A stretch of DNA of 39,483 bases from Elusimicrobiaceae bacterium (GTDB lineage Bacteria > Elusimicrobiota > Elusimicrobia > Elusimicrobiales > Elusimicrobiaceae). Below are positions 24,952 to 33,050 of this stretch, piece by piece. Numbering within the stretch: position 1 is the first letter of the stretch; the number at the start of each line of letters is the position of its first letter. The DNA lies in NCBI GenBank assembly GCA_045601125.1, contig JAZRZE010000087.1, positions 1 to 39,483 of the forward strand. Direction: 5' to 3'. The notes below the pieces were generated by a model, which worked only from the letters and a program-made list of their open reading frames with translations, was not told the origin of the DNA and ran no database searches. The position numbers and the translations under genes were made by a program.

Positions 24952-26448
24952 ATGAAGATGAGAGCAATACTAAATAATATCGGCGCTGTTTCAAAACAAA
25001 TGATTGTTGGCGGCGCTATTACTGTAGCAACCGTAGCTGTCGGCATCGGTTTAATAAACAATTTCAGTAGCAAAGGCAATGTTGAACACGGTTTTGCTTC
25101 TAACGCTATTGAACGCAGCGGTTATTCTTATAACTCTGCTTACGAAGGCGCAAGCGCGGAAGATATTCTTTCCGCCCGTGATTTCGCACAAGGGCAAGGC
25201 GATGGCAAAGTTGCTATTAGGGGAGCAGAAAATCTTGCTTTTAACAAAAAAAGTTCAGCCGGTGCTAATGGGGCAGGCACTTCTGTTAAAGGGGAAGCAG
25301 GCGAAGTCGGAACTGTTCAGGATAATACCCAAGATTATGGTGACGGCCAAATTGAAGGTATGGGAACTTCAAGAACCGTTGCGGTAGATGTTACTAAAGA
25401 AGATGCCGCTGCCTTAAAAGCAAAAAGAGATGCCAAAATTGCTCAAGGTAAAGATATTGCACAACAAACAAAAGCTGCTTTCAAAACAAGTAAAATGGCT
25501 GATTCCTCCACTTTTGACAGTATGGCGCAAGGCTCTACCTCTATGTCTTATGGCACCGGCAGTGGTGCTATGGGCGCAACGGGAACGGCTGATTCTTCCA
25601 AAATTGATTTAGCAAAGGCAACAGGCCTTGCAAATGTTGACTTAAAGGGTGCTAAAGACGGTCGTTTAAGCGCTATGGGTAGCAAAAATACCGAAACAAA
25701 AGATTCGGGCGTTGGCCGCAACTCCTATGGCCAGCATGCCGAACTTCAAGGTGATTTGGTCCGCGCAAGACAATATTCCGCTTCAGGTAAAAAAGCAGTT
25801 ACTGTTTCCGATATGGAAAAAGGTGCTGCCGATGCAGCAGCGGCCTTTGACGGCAGTAAAGATTCTCCCGTTGCTCAATTAGAAGGGGAAAATTTACAAG
25901 CCGCCGCTCTTAGCAATTTGAAAAATAATGCAGGCGAAGGAATGGATTTTGACCTTAGCGGTCTTCAAGATAAGTTTGACGAAGTTGATGAAACCATGCA
26001 GAAATATGATGACATTCTCGGTAAGATTAAAGATTGTATGATGGCTATGATTTTAGCTGCTTCAATTGCTTCACTTGCTGTAGGTATATTTTCTAAAATT
26101 GAACCGTGGGGAGCTGCGGCGGCTTTGGCAGCAGCGGCAATTGGAACAGCAGCAATACTTGCTTCTCAAATCGCTGCTACGGTATTTTTAAGTCAACTTG
26201 CAGATTTAGCAAATACTTCTGGTATAGAAACCATAAAACCTAGCGGTTGGGATTGGGCATCCCCGTGGGTTATTGGAGGACTTCTTGCCGGTTGTATTTG
26301 GGCTTCTTGGGCTTTAGCAGGTTTTGGTCCCGGTCAACTTTCAGACAAAATTTTCGAATTACTTAGTGGAATAGTAAATGGTGTAGCAACCGGTGGGGTG
26401 ACTACCTCTCTTGGCCATTTCTTTGGTAAAATAGGTAAGAAGAAATAG
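24952..26448 (+). CDS. Hypothetical membrane protein (P2): N-terminal anchor, G/A/S/T/D-rich region, C-terminal Ala/Gly-rich TM bundle
   Basis: The ATG at 24952 follows GGAGGA; the track start at 24898 overlaps P1. N-terminal TM helix MIVGGAITVATVAVGIGLI. The C-terminal ~130 aa hold 3-4 hydrophobic helices (MMAMILAASIASLAVGIF, AAAALAAAAIGTAAILASQIAATVFL, WVIGGLLAGCIWASWALAGF). Confidence 0.7.
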   Translation: MKMRAILNNIGAVSKQMIVGGAITVATVAVGIGLINNFSSKGNVEHGFASNAIERSGYSYNSAYEGASAEDILSARDFAQGQGDGKVAIRGAENLAFNKKSSAGANGAGTSVKGEAGEVGTVQDNTQDYGDGQIEGMGTSRTVAVDVTKEDAAALKAKRDAKIAQGKDIAQQTKAAFKTSKMADSSTFDSMAQGSTSMSYGTGSGAMGATGTADSSKIDLAKATGLANVDLKGAKDGRLSAMGSKNTETKDSGVGRNSYGQHAELQGDLVRARQYSASGKKAVTVSDMEKGAADAAAAFDGSKDSPVAQLEGENLQAAALSNLKNNAGEGMDFDLSGLQDKFDEVDETMQKYDDILGKIKDCMMAMILAASIASLAVGIFSKIEPWGAAAALAAAAIGTAAILASQIAATVFLSQLADLANTSGIETIKPSGWDWASPWVIGGLLAGCIWASWALAGFGPGQLSDKIFELLSGIVNGVATGGVTTSLGHFFGKIGKKK

Positions 26449-26470
26449 TTAATACTTAGGGGAGGATAAT

Positions 26471-27121
26471 ATGAGTGGAGAACTTGCACAAAATTTGACT
26501 CCGAAACGCTTTAATATAATTTGGGTGTTATTTATCTTATTTTATCTGTTTTCTTGTACTGTCGCAGGGATGTACTTTCTTAATTTGGAAAATAGGATAA
26601 AAAACGAAGCCCCTCGTATTAAAGCAAAACAAATTGAAAAGATTATTAGGGAAAATGCTTTGGCAAGAAAAACTGCCGATCCTAAAACTATGGAAAGTAT
26701 ATATAGTCATAGTGGCGGTATAAACCCCGGTTTTAAGAAAATGGTTTCTAATGTAACGGGTCCGCAGGAAATGCCTAAACAAAGAGCATACGAAGAACAA
26801 CTTGCTAAGTATGAAGCAGAAATGGCCGAGCGTGAAAGAATCAGACTTGAAGAAAAGCGCCGTGACGAAGAAATTCAGGCACAAGAACGCGCTTTAATGG
26901 AAGAAGAAAGACTTGAACGCTTGAAAGAAGAACAAGCCATGAAACAACTTGAGGCAAGCCAAGCAGCGCAGACAACGGGCGGCTTAAGTCCCGCAAAGAC
27001 TTTTACCGCTCCCAAGACTCAAAAACCCCGGCCGAAGACTCAACAAAAGACTCAACAAAAAACGGTAATCGGCACTTTGAAAACAAGTAAAATGGGGGAA
27101 AGCAGTTTTCAGAGTTATTAA
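26471..27121 (+). CDS. Hypothetical signal-anchored coiled-coil protein (P3)
   Basis: GGGGAGG RBS. TM helix FNIIWVLFILFYLFSCTVAGMYFL, an E/R/K-rich helical segment (YEAEMAERERIRLEEKRRDEEIQAQERALMEEERLERLKEEQ), a QKTQQKTQQKT repeat, and a C-terminal LKTSKMGESSFQSY. Confidence 0.7.
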   Translation: MSGELAQNLTPKRFNIIWVLFILFYLFSCTVAGMYFLNLENRIKNEAPRIKAKQIEKIIRENALARKTADPKTMESIYSHSGGINPGFKKMVSNVTGPQEMPKQRAYEEQLAKYEAEMAERERIRLEEKRRDEEIQAQERALMEEERLERLKEEQAMKQLEASQAAQTTGGLSPAKTFTAPKTQKPRPKTQQKTQQKTVIGTLKTSKMGESSFQSY

Positions 27122-27133
27122 AGGAAAAAAGTT

Positions 27134-28780
27134 ATGAAAAAGGCAAAAGTCGTAAACCAAGCAAATAAACAAGGCCGCTCCTTAACCGGTAAAAGAGCCG
27201 TATTGCTTACTTTGGGTGCGGTTGCGGCTTTAGGCACGGTTGCTGTGGTAGTTCCTACTTCCAATATACCGGGTTTTAAGTATATTGCCCAATTTATTGG
27301 TATTGAGGCGGATGCAACTCGCAACTTAACAATGTCGGATTTTGCCTCTTATGCTGTAGGGATGCGTGGTAATAAAATTTCATCTTTACGCGATGCTAAC
27401 TCCCTTACCTATAGTGTAAACGGCGGTGGTAGCAGTGGACTTTCGCCTTTTTCAACTTTTGCAAATGATAGACTTGCCCAGGCCTATGCCGAAAACAGCA
27501 AAACAGTCATAGAGATAGAAAAATCTTTCGGTGGCAAAATAACACCTTTTGATAAAACTAAAATTGATAGAAATGTAACAACCTATGACCCTGCCTTGCT
27601 TGCAAAAGGTTTTGACCCTTCAAAGATATCTGCTTCGGCCCAAGCGGCGCAAAGCGGTGCTATGGAAGCACTTGCCGCGGCAGCCGGTAAACAGGCAGAG
27701 CAATTTGGCAAACCGGTAAAGCAAACAAATTTAACACAGATTGCAAGTCTTGTAGGTGTAAAAGACAGTAATGTGTCTAATATTGTAGGAACGGGCAATA
27801 TTATGTCTTTTGCAAACAAAGATGAAATGCTTTACGACCGTATTAAATTACAGGCAAAGGCCTTAATGGGAACAAGCGTTTTCGGCTCGGTCAACCCTAA
27901 TTTTACCCGCACCGATACTAGAATCGGGCGTCCTGTTTACGGTATGTTTAAGGAACTTGGTAATTCCTACTTCTTCAGCCGTTATGCAAAGGGGGCAAAA
28001 TATTCCACCGCGGCAGAAGATATAGCCATAGCGGCTTTTGACGGTGGTTCTCCACAAGATCAGAGTATCGTAACACAGGAAGAAACCGCCCACCCCGGCG
28101 CAAGTGGTAATCCGCAGGAAAGTCTTAACCAAAGTGCTCAAGCCATAAATGCTTGCCAGCAGATGAGAGATGCTTATAATCAAACTCTTTCTTCTCAATA
28201 CAGTATGATTCAGGAATACAAAAATATAATGAAAGGTCTTTCCAGTGCCTTTAACAATACGGAAACACCGGGCAGCTGCTATGGTAAAGGCAACAATAAA
28301 AATGTAAAGGAAGCAAGGGACCAATGGAATACTTATATTGACTCCATAAGAGATGCTTGCGATACTATAAGAGATATTAAAAACCAATTTGCCAATCAAT
28401 GCGGTATAACAATACAGCAACCGGTAAAAACCTGCTCTCAAATGGCGCGAGCGCTTAAACTTGCCCACGTTAAAAAAGCACATATGATTATAAAATGCAG
28501 AAGAATCAGTCTTTTCGGTTCAACAGGAGAGGTAACTATAAGTTCTTCTAAATTAAGAAGATGGAATAGAAAATTCAATCATTATATAAATAACGGTTAT
28601 ACCTCCGAAGAAGCAGAAGTCGCTGCCGATAATGATGTTGATATAGATATGGACGATATTTCAGGGGTAGATTATAAATGTAATAACAAAAGAAATTGTT
28701 GGAACTATTTTGATAATATGATAGAAGAAGGTTTTGCTTTTGGTAATATAACCGGTATAAATAATTTGCCTACTAATTAA
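27134..28780 (+). CDS. Hypothetical signal-anchored protein (P4) with a Cys-containing C-terminal module
   Basis: 548 aa. Basic N-terminus plus a TM helix (AVLLTLGAVAALGTVAVVVP), an A/Q/S-rich middle, and a C-terminal third with 9 Cys and an acidic patch (DNDVDIDMDD). No family recognised. Confidence 0.7.
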   Translation: MKKAKVVNQANKQGRSLTGKRAVLLTLGAVAALGTVAVVVPTSNIPGFKYIAQFIGIEADATRNLTMSDFASYAVGMRGNKISSLRDANSLTYSVNGGGSSGLSPFSTFANDRLAQAYAENSKTVIEIEKSFGGKITPFDKTKIDRNVTTYDPALLAKGFDPSKISASAQAAQSGAMEALAAAAGKQAEQFGKPVKQTNLTQIASLVGVKDSNVSNIVGTGNIMSFANKDEMLYDRIKLQAKALMGTSVFGSVNPNFTRTDTRIGRPVYGMFKELGNSYFFSRYAKGAKYSTAAEDIAIAAFDGGSPQDQSIVTQEETAHPGASGNPQESLNQSAQAINACQQMRDAYNQTLSSQYSMIQEYKNIMKGLSSAFNNTETPGSCYGKGNNKNVKEARDQWNTYIDSIRDACDTIRDIKNQFANQCGITIQQPVKTCSQMARALKLAHVKKAHMIIKCRRISLFGSTGEVTISSSKLRRWNRKFNHYINNGYTSEEAEVAADNDVDIDMDDISGVDYKCNNKRNCWNYFDNMIEEGFAFGNITGINNLPTN

Positions 28781-28955
28781 TATGCTAATATATAGGTAAA
28801 GAGATTTGACAAAATAACGGGGCTTAGGACTTAAATAAAAAGCCCCCATAAAAAGAAGTAAAAGCAGTAGTAAAAAAGTTAAGCAGTAAACATATAAGAT
28901 AGAGGGTATAGAGCATTTTATGTGTTTTATATCCGTAAACTAAAAGGAGGATTGT

Positions 28956-31900
28956 ATGAAAAAGGATAGCTTCACGTTTAGTGATAAGTTAAAGAAAAGT
29001 AAAACTTTACCTTTATCTAAACGTATTCCCTCGCGTGTTGGCGGGGAAGTGAAAGCAAAACGCACCCTCTTTGAGCGTGCGCAAAGGGACTTGCCCTTTA
29101 TAATCGTGGCAGCACTAGCGTTGCTATTGTTGCCATTCCTCAGCAGAGAATCGGGAGATATTGATACCCCGAAACTCGTCTGGGGCGAAGGAGATACTTA
29201 TGAAGAAGATTTCAATTCAAAACCTAAATCAGCCGAAGAGGAAATTGCTTTATCTAGCTTCCGCAATCCTCTTGATTTGATTATCAGACGCGGTGAAAAA
29301 GATTCTTCCAGAGATACTATTGACCCCTATGCTTCAGAATCAGATTCTTCCGCTTCCGAGGCAGAATCTTCTTCTGATAAATACGGTTCCAGCCGTTCAA
29401 GTTATGCAAGTGAAGATTATACTTCTTCTCCCTCAACTTCCAAATATGGCAAAACCGTAAAGAGATCTGTGCGCAATTCCGTTAAGCGTGTGCCTACCGC
29501 TATTGGCTCTTTAACTACTAAAGGTATGGTTTCCGCAAACGGTGGCGGTTCACCGAATCATAGTTTGGCTTTCGGCAGCCGTTCAAAAGATGCCGCACCC
29601 AGAGTTCAAGGCCCCGGTGTCAGACCGGTTGCTTTGCAACCTTTAACCGCAGCGGGCAAAGGGCGCGACTTAACCGGCAATGATGCCCTTTATGCAGAAG
29701 CGGCACGCTCTATCGGCGCAATGAACAGACCGGGCGCAAAACAGGCCCTTATGGATGCTCAACTTGCCGATCTTGACGGTAAACCTTTAGGCGATACCAA
29801 AAGCGCTGAAGCCAAAGGCGAACCCGGCAGACCCGGCGCCGGCGGCGGCCCCAGCAATAATTGGACCCATAACAACCAAAAACCTTGGTGGTGGGATATG
29901 ATGAAAGAACGCTCCCAAAGAAGATGGGAACTTTGGCATTATAACTGGGAAAAAATGGCCTCTGATAGTTTAATTGCTTTAACAAGAGGTCTTGCTTCCT
30001 GCTTAATCACCGGTTCCAATAATTTTGAAGTTAGCAAATTCTTGGGTGCCGACGGTGGTGATGCTGATGGTAAATGTGTTGATGATAACGGAAATGAAGT
30101 TTATATCCGCCGCAGACAATACATCAACGAATTAAAAGTTTCCGGCGGTAAAGATAGCGCTGCTTCTTCTGTTTCTGCTTTACCTTGGGAAGAAGCCTGT
30201 GTTAAATATGGTCACGGAAAAGTAGAAATGAAACCTTCCGGTTCCCACAAGAGTATGTTGGAAACCCGTTTGAATTGCTTGGGTATCGGGCTTAGTGATA
30301 TTAAAGATAAATATGTAACCAAAAGGGCATTTACTTGCCAAGGTACCTATTATGACCCTATGTATGTTAACATAGACATCACAAGAAACGGCAAAGACAA
30401 ACCCGGAAAATACAAAAAGGTCGGTTACTATGTAATGGGTGAAAAAGACGGTTGTACAGGAGATGTTGCTTTATTCTTGAGCAAGGCAAAATCCGGCAAA
30501 AATAATATAACCGGTGTAGATAGATCCAAGGTTTCTAAAATTGTTATTTACAAAGCCAATGATAAAACTACTACCCATTATCCCGAAGGTAATGTTAAAA
30601 CAACAGATAGAAACCTTGAAGATTACAAATATAAACAAGGTGACCGTGAAGGCGAATACTTTGATGATGAAGAAATTTATTGGGAATCCGGTGACTATGA
30701 TAAGGCCTTTAATGTCGCTTACAAGAGAATACAAAACGGAGAATGTTTGACTGAAAAAGAACTCCAAAAAATCTTGAAAGCCGGCAAATGGCGTGATGCT
30801 AATACACTTGGCGTTTGTGATGATATTGCCTTTAATAATTCTTATTATAAACTTGTTAAGATAAATCCTTTAGATAGCACTCAAGATGATTATCAAAGCA
30901 CAGGCAATACTCCTAATGATTACACACAGGCATTCAAAGATATGACGGATTGTCAATATAAGGATGTCTTTATTGAGAAGGTTCCCAGCAATCACGTTTT
31001 TGCTACAACAATTAAGAACCCCGGCAAACGCACAATTGCTTTTGTCTTGGAATATGTTCAAGGTAATGCCTATAGTGATGATAAGGCGCCCAGTTATTTC
31101 GATAATGAAAAATCAACCCTATCTGAAAGAACAGGTTATAGAGTTGTTAGAAAAATTGATTATACAAATTATCCTCATTTAGTTTCTAACAATGCTGACG
31201 GCTCTCAAACCTTTATAGGCGAAGTTCAAGTGGGCACAAGCAGTACCCTTAAAAATGATAACACTGAGCGCGACGAAAAAGTTAAAGCAGAACCCGGCTT
31301 TGGTAAAGTAATTTGGGTTACCACTGACGATATGACAACCGAAGGCGTAACGGAAGGAACTATCGTTAGAGAACCGCAAGCAAACTTACTCTTCCCTACT
31401 CCAAGGAAATTATCCGCAGTTTGTAATTACAGATGGGGTTGCAAGGGTGGCAACGTTTGCCCCGGAACTCCTAACCCAAATGAAGAGCAAATTCCAACCG
31501 AAGATTATTGCTTTGTCGCGGATGGAAACAACCCCTCAAACACAAGTCTTCGCAAGTATTATAAATTCACTTACTTCCAAGGGCATCCTGTCAAGAGCGA
31601 TAATAACGCCATACTCCCCGGAGATTTGCCGGAGAATTTTGATGAAGACCACGCGATTGAATGTGAGCCGATATGTAAGTGTAAAGATGACAAATATCGC
31701 CTTATAATTAAGAAATATTGTGAAGATATTACCGGAAAAGAAATAGATATTACCGATTGTGAGGAATGTAAAGAAAACGAAGGCGACGGACTTTGCGAGT
31801 TAGAAGGTGAAGTCTACAAGAGCATTAAAGTAGTTGAAAACGGAAAAGAATACTACTTCCGCTTGACTAATACACCTGTTGAAGGTAGGGCAACAGTTCC

Positions 31901-32969
31901 TTGCACACCTATCTGCGCAGATAAAGCAAAGGCCTTAGGTATCTTGCAGACAACAGGCAAAGACTCTAATATCCCGCTTAACGAAACAACTCTTACTACA
32001 GAGGAAAAAGTTAATAAGCAAGGTATTGGAATTCCTAGCGAAGTCTGTCCTTATTGTTCAGGCAAGTGCTATATAGGTAATGAAGTCTATCCTTGCACTT
32101 CCTTTGAAGGCAATGATGGAACAACCTATTACATCCGCACCTCTGCAACACCTATTGCCGGCAGAACAGAGTTCCCTTGTACGCCTATCTGCGCAAAGAA
32201 AGCAGAGGATTTAGGTATTAGTATCTTTAAGACGAAAGAAAGCGATCCTGTGACACCCATTGATCCTGTCTTAACAGAAGATGCAAATAAGATTGCTCCT
32301 GTTAAACCCGGTGCTGAAAAACTCTGTCCGTTCTGCAACCCTGATCCAGAATCTCCAGTAGCACCTAATCCGGAGCCTAGAGATTTAGCCACACTTGCCT
32401 CTAGGACTATTAACTTTGCAAATGGTTGCTATAAAAAGTATTACATCGATAGTAATTATGACTTCAACGAGTTTAAAGAGGCTGTTATTGATAATGCTGT
32501 TGCACAAGGTGTAAATACCTTTATAATTGAAGGCCACGCTTCAGGCCGTGTGGCTAAGTGCCCTGAAGGCAATTGTAATGAATTGCTCGCATACGATAGA
32601 GCGATTTACTTATACAATCAAATGGCTCCGTTGTTGAATGGCGTATATAATGTTGAACTTATAGATGAGACTGATAAATCTAAGTTCGGCACCGGTAAAT
32701 ATCCGACACCCGGAACCAATGGCTTGCCTAATTATGAGGATTGCGAGAATCACTGGCCTATAGAGAGAAATACCTTAATGTCTATTTCTTATGATAGTTC
32801 CAAGCCTACAATTAAGATTACACTTAGAGGTCTTGGTATCAGTGAATCTGTAACAAGTAAACAGAGTTCTGGAGAAACAAAAGAAGAAGCAAAGATAAAT
32901 ATTAGACGAGGTGAAGACGACAGAAGTGCAATTATCTATCCTAATCAAGAAATAGTTGATAGTGATTAG
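28956..32969 (+). CDS. Giant (1337 aa) signal-anchored Cys-rich protein (P5) with internal tandem repeat and OmpA/MotB-like C-terminal domain
   Basis: AAAGGAGG RBS. TM helix LPFIIVAALALLLLPFL at about residues 46-62, a Ser/Asp/Glu-rich tract, and a Trp-rich segment (KPWWWDMMKERSQRRWELWHYNWEKM). Many Cys are in paired CxxC/CxC contexts. The C-terminus FIIEGHASGRV...NELLAYDRAIYLYNQM fits the OmpA_C pattern (GHxD/S...N..LS..RA). Confidence 0.8.
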   Translation: MKKDSFTFSDKLKKSKTLPLSKRIPSRVGGEVKAKRTLFERAQRDLPFIIVAALALLLLPFLSRESGDIDTPKLVWGEGDTYEEDFNSKPKSAEEEIALSSFRNPLDLIIRRGEKDSSRDTIDPYASESDSSASEAESSSDKYGSSRSSYASEDYTSSPSTSKYGKTVKRSVRNSVKRVPTAIGSLTTKGMVSANGGGSPNHSLAFGSRSKDAAPRVQGPGVRPVALQPLTAAGKGRDLTGNDALYAEAARSIGAMNRPGAKQALMDAQLADLDGKPLGDTKSAEAKGEPGRPGAGGGPSNNWTHNNQKPWWWDMMKERSQRRWELWHYNWEKMASDSLIALTRGLASCLITGSNNFEVSKFLGADGGDADGKCVDDNGNEVYIRRRQYINELKVSGGKDSAASSVSALPWEEACVKYGHGKVEMKPSGSHKSMLETRLNCLGIGLSDIKDKYVTKRAFTCQGTYYDPMYVNIDITRNGKDKPGKYKKVGYYVMGEKDGCTGDVALFLSKAKSGKNNITGVDRSKVSKIVIYKANDKTTTHYPEGNVKTTDRNLEDYKYKQGDREGEYFDDEEIYWESGDYDKAFNVAYKRIQNGECLTEKELQKILKAGKWRDANTLGVCDDIAFNNSYYKLVKINPLDSTQDDYQSTGNTPNDYTQAFKDMTDCQYKDVFIEKVPSNHVFATTIKNPGKRTIAFVLEYVQGNAYSDDKAPSYFDNEKSTLSERTGYRVVRKIDYTNYPHLVSNNADGSQTFIGEVQVGTSSTLKNDNTERDEKVKAEPGFGKVIWVTTDDMTTEGVTEGTIVREPQANLLFPTPRKLSAVCNYRWGCKGGNVCPGTPNPNEEQIPTEDYCFVADGNNPSNTSLRKYYKFTYFQGHPVKSDNNAILPGDLPENFDEDHAIECEPICKCKDDKYRLIIKKYCEDITGKEIDITDCEECKENEGDGLCELEGEVYKSIKVVENGKEYYFRLTNTPVEGRATVPCTPICADKAKALGILQTTGKDSNIPLNETTLTTEEKVNKQGIGIPSEVCPYCSGKCYIGNEVYPCTSFEGNDGTTYYIRTSATPIAGRTEFPCTPICAKKAEDLGISIFKTKESDPVTPIDPVLTEDANKIAPVKPGAEKLCPFCNPDPESPVAPNPEPRDLATLASRTINFANGCYKKYYIDSNYDFNEFKEAVIDNAVAQGVNTFIIEGHASGRVAKCPEGNCNELLAYDRAIYLYNQMAPLLNGVYNVELIDETDKSKFGTGKYPTPGTNGLPNYEDCENHWPIERNTLMSISYDSSKPTIKITLRGLGISESVTSKQSSGETKEEAKINIRRGEDDRSAIIYPNQEIVDSD
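31794..32342 (+). repeat. Intragenic tandem duplication (two units of about 90 aa) inside P5
   Basis: Unit 1 (31794-32063): CELEGEVYKS..GKEYYFRLTNTPVEGRATVPCTPICADKAKALGI...CPYCSG. Unit 2 (32067-32342): CYIGNEVYPC..GTTYYIRTSATPIAGRTEFPCTPICAKKAEDLGI...CPFCNP. A degenerate third unit may precede them (KYYKFTYFQGHPV...ECEPICKC). Confidence 0.8.
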
Positions 32970-32982
32970 AAATATAAAACAG

Positions 32983-33017
32983 ACACCCCGTTCTAAAAAA
33001 GAACGGGGTGTTTTTTG
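32983..33017 (+). terminator. Strong intrinsic terminator ending the five-gene cluster
   Basis: ACACCCCGTTC-taaaaaa-GAACGGGGTGT followed by TTTTTTG, 14 nt after the P5 stop. Confidence 0.9.
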
Positions 33018-33050
33018 TCTTAAAACTAGCATATTTAATATAATTTATAT

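Noticed and set aside
27863-28483. 206-aa antisense ORF inside P4. Similar long antisense or alternate-frame ORFs occur at 18067-18564, 21193-21555, 13642-13992 and 26537-26884.
   Set aside because: All lie wholly inside better-supported genes, lack SD sequences, and have Cys/Phe/Ile-rich junk-like composition typical of antisense frames in AT-rich DNA.
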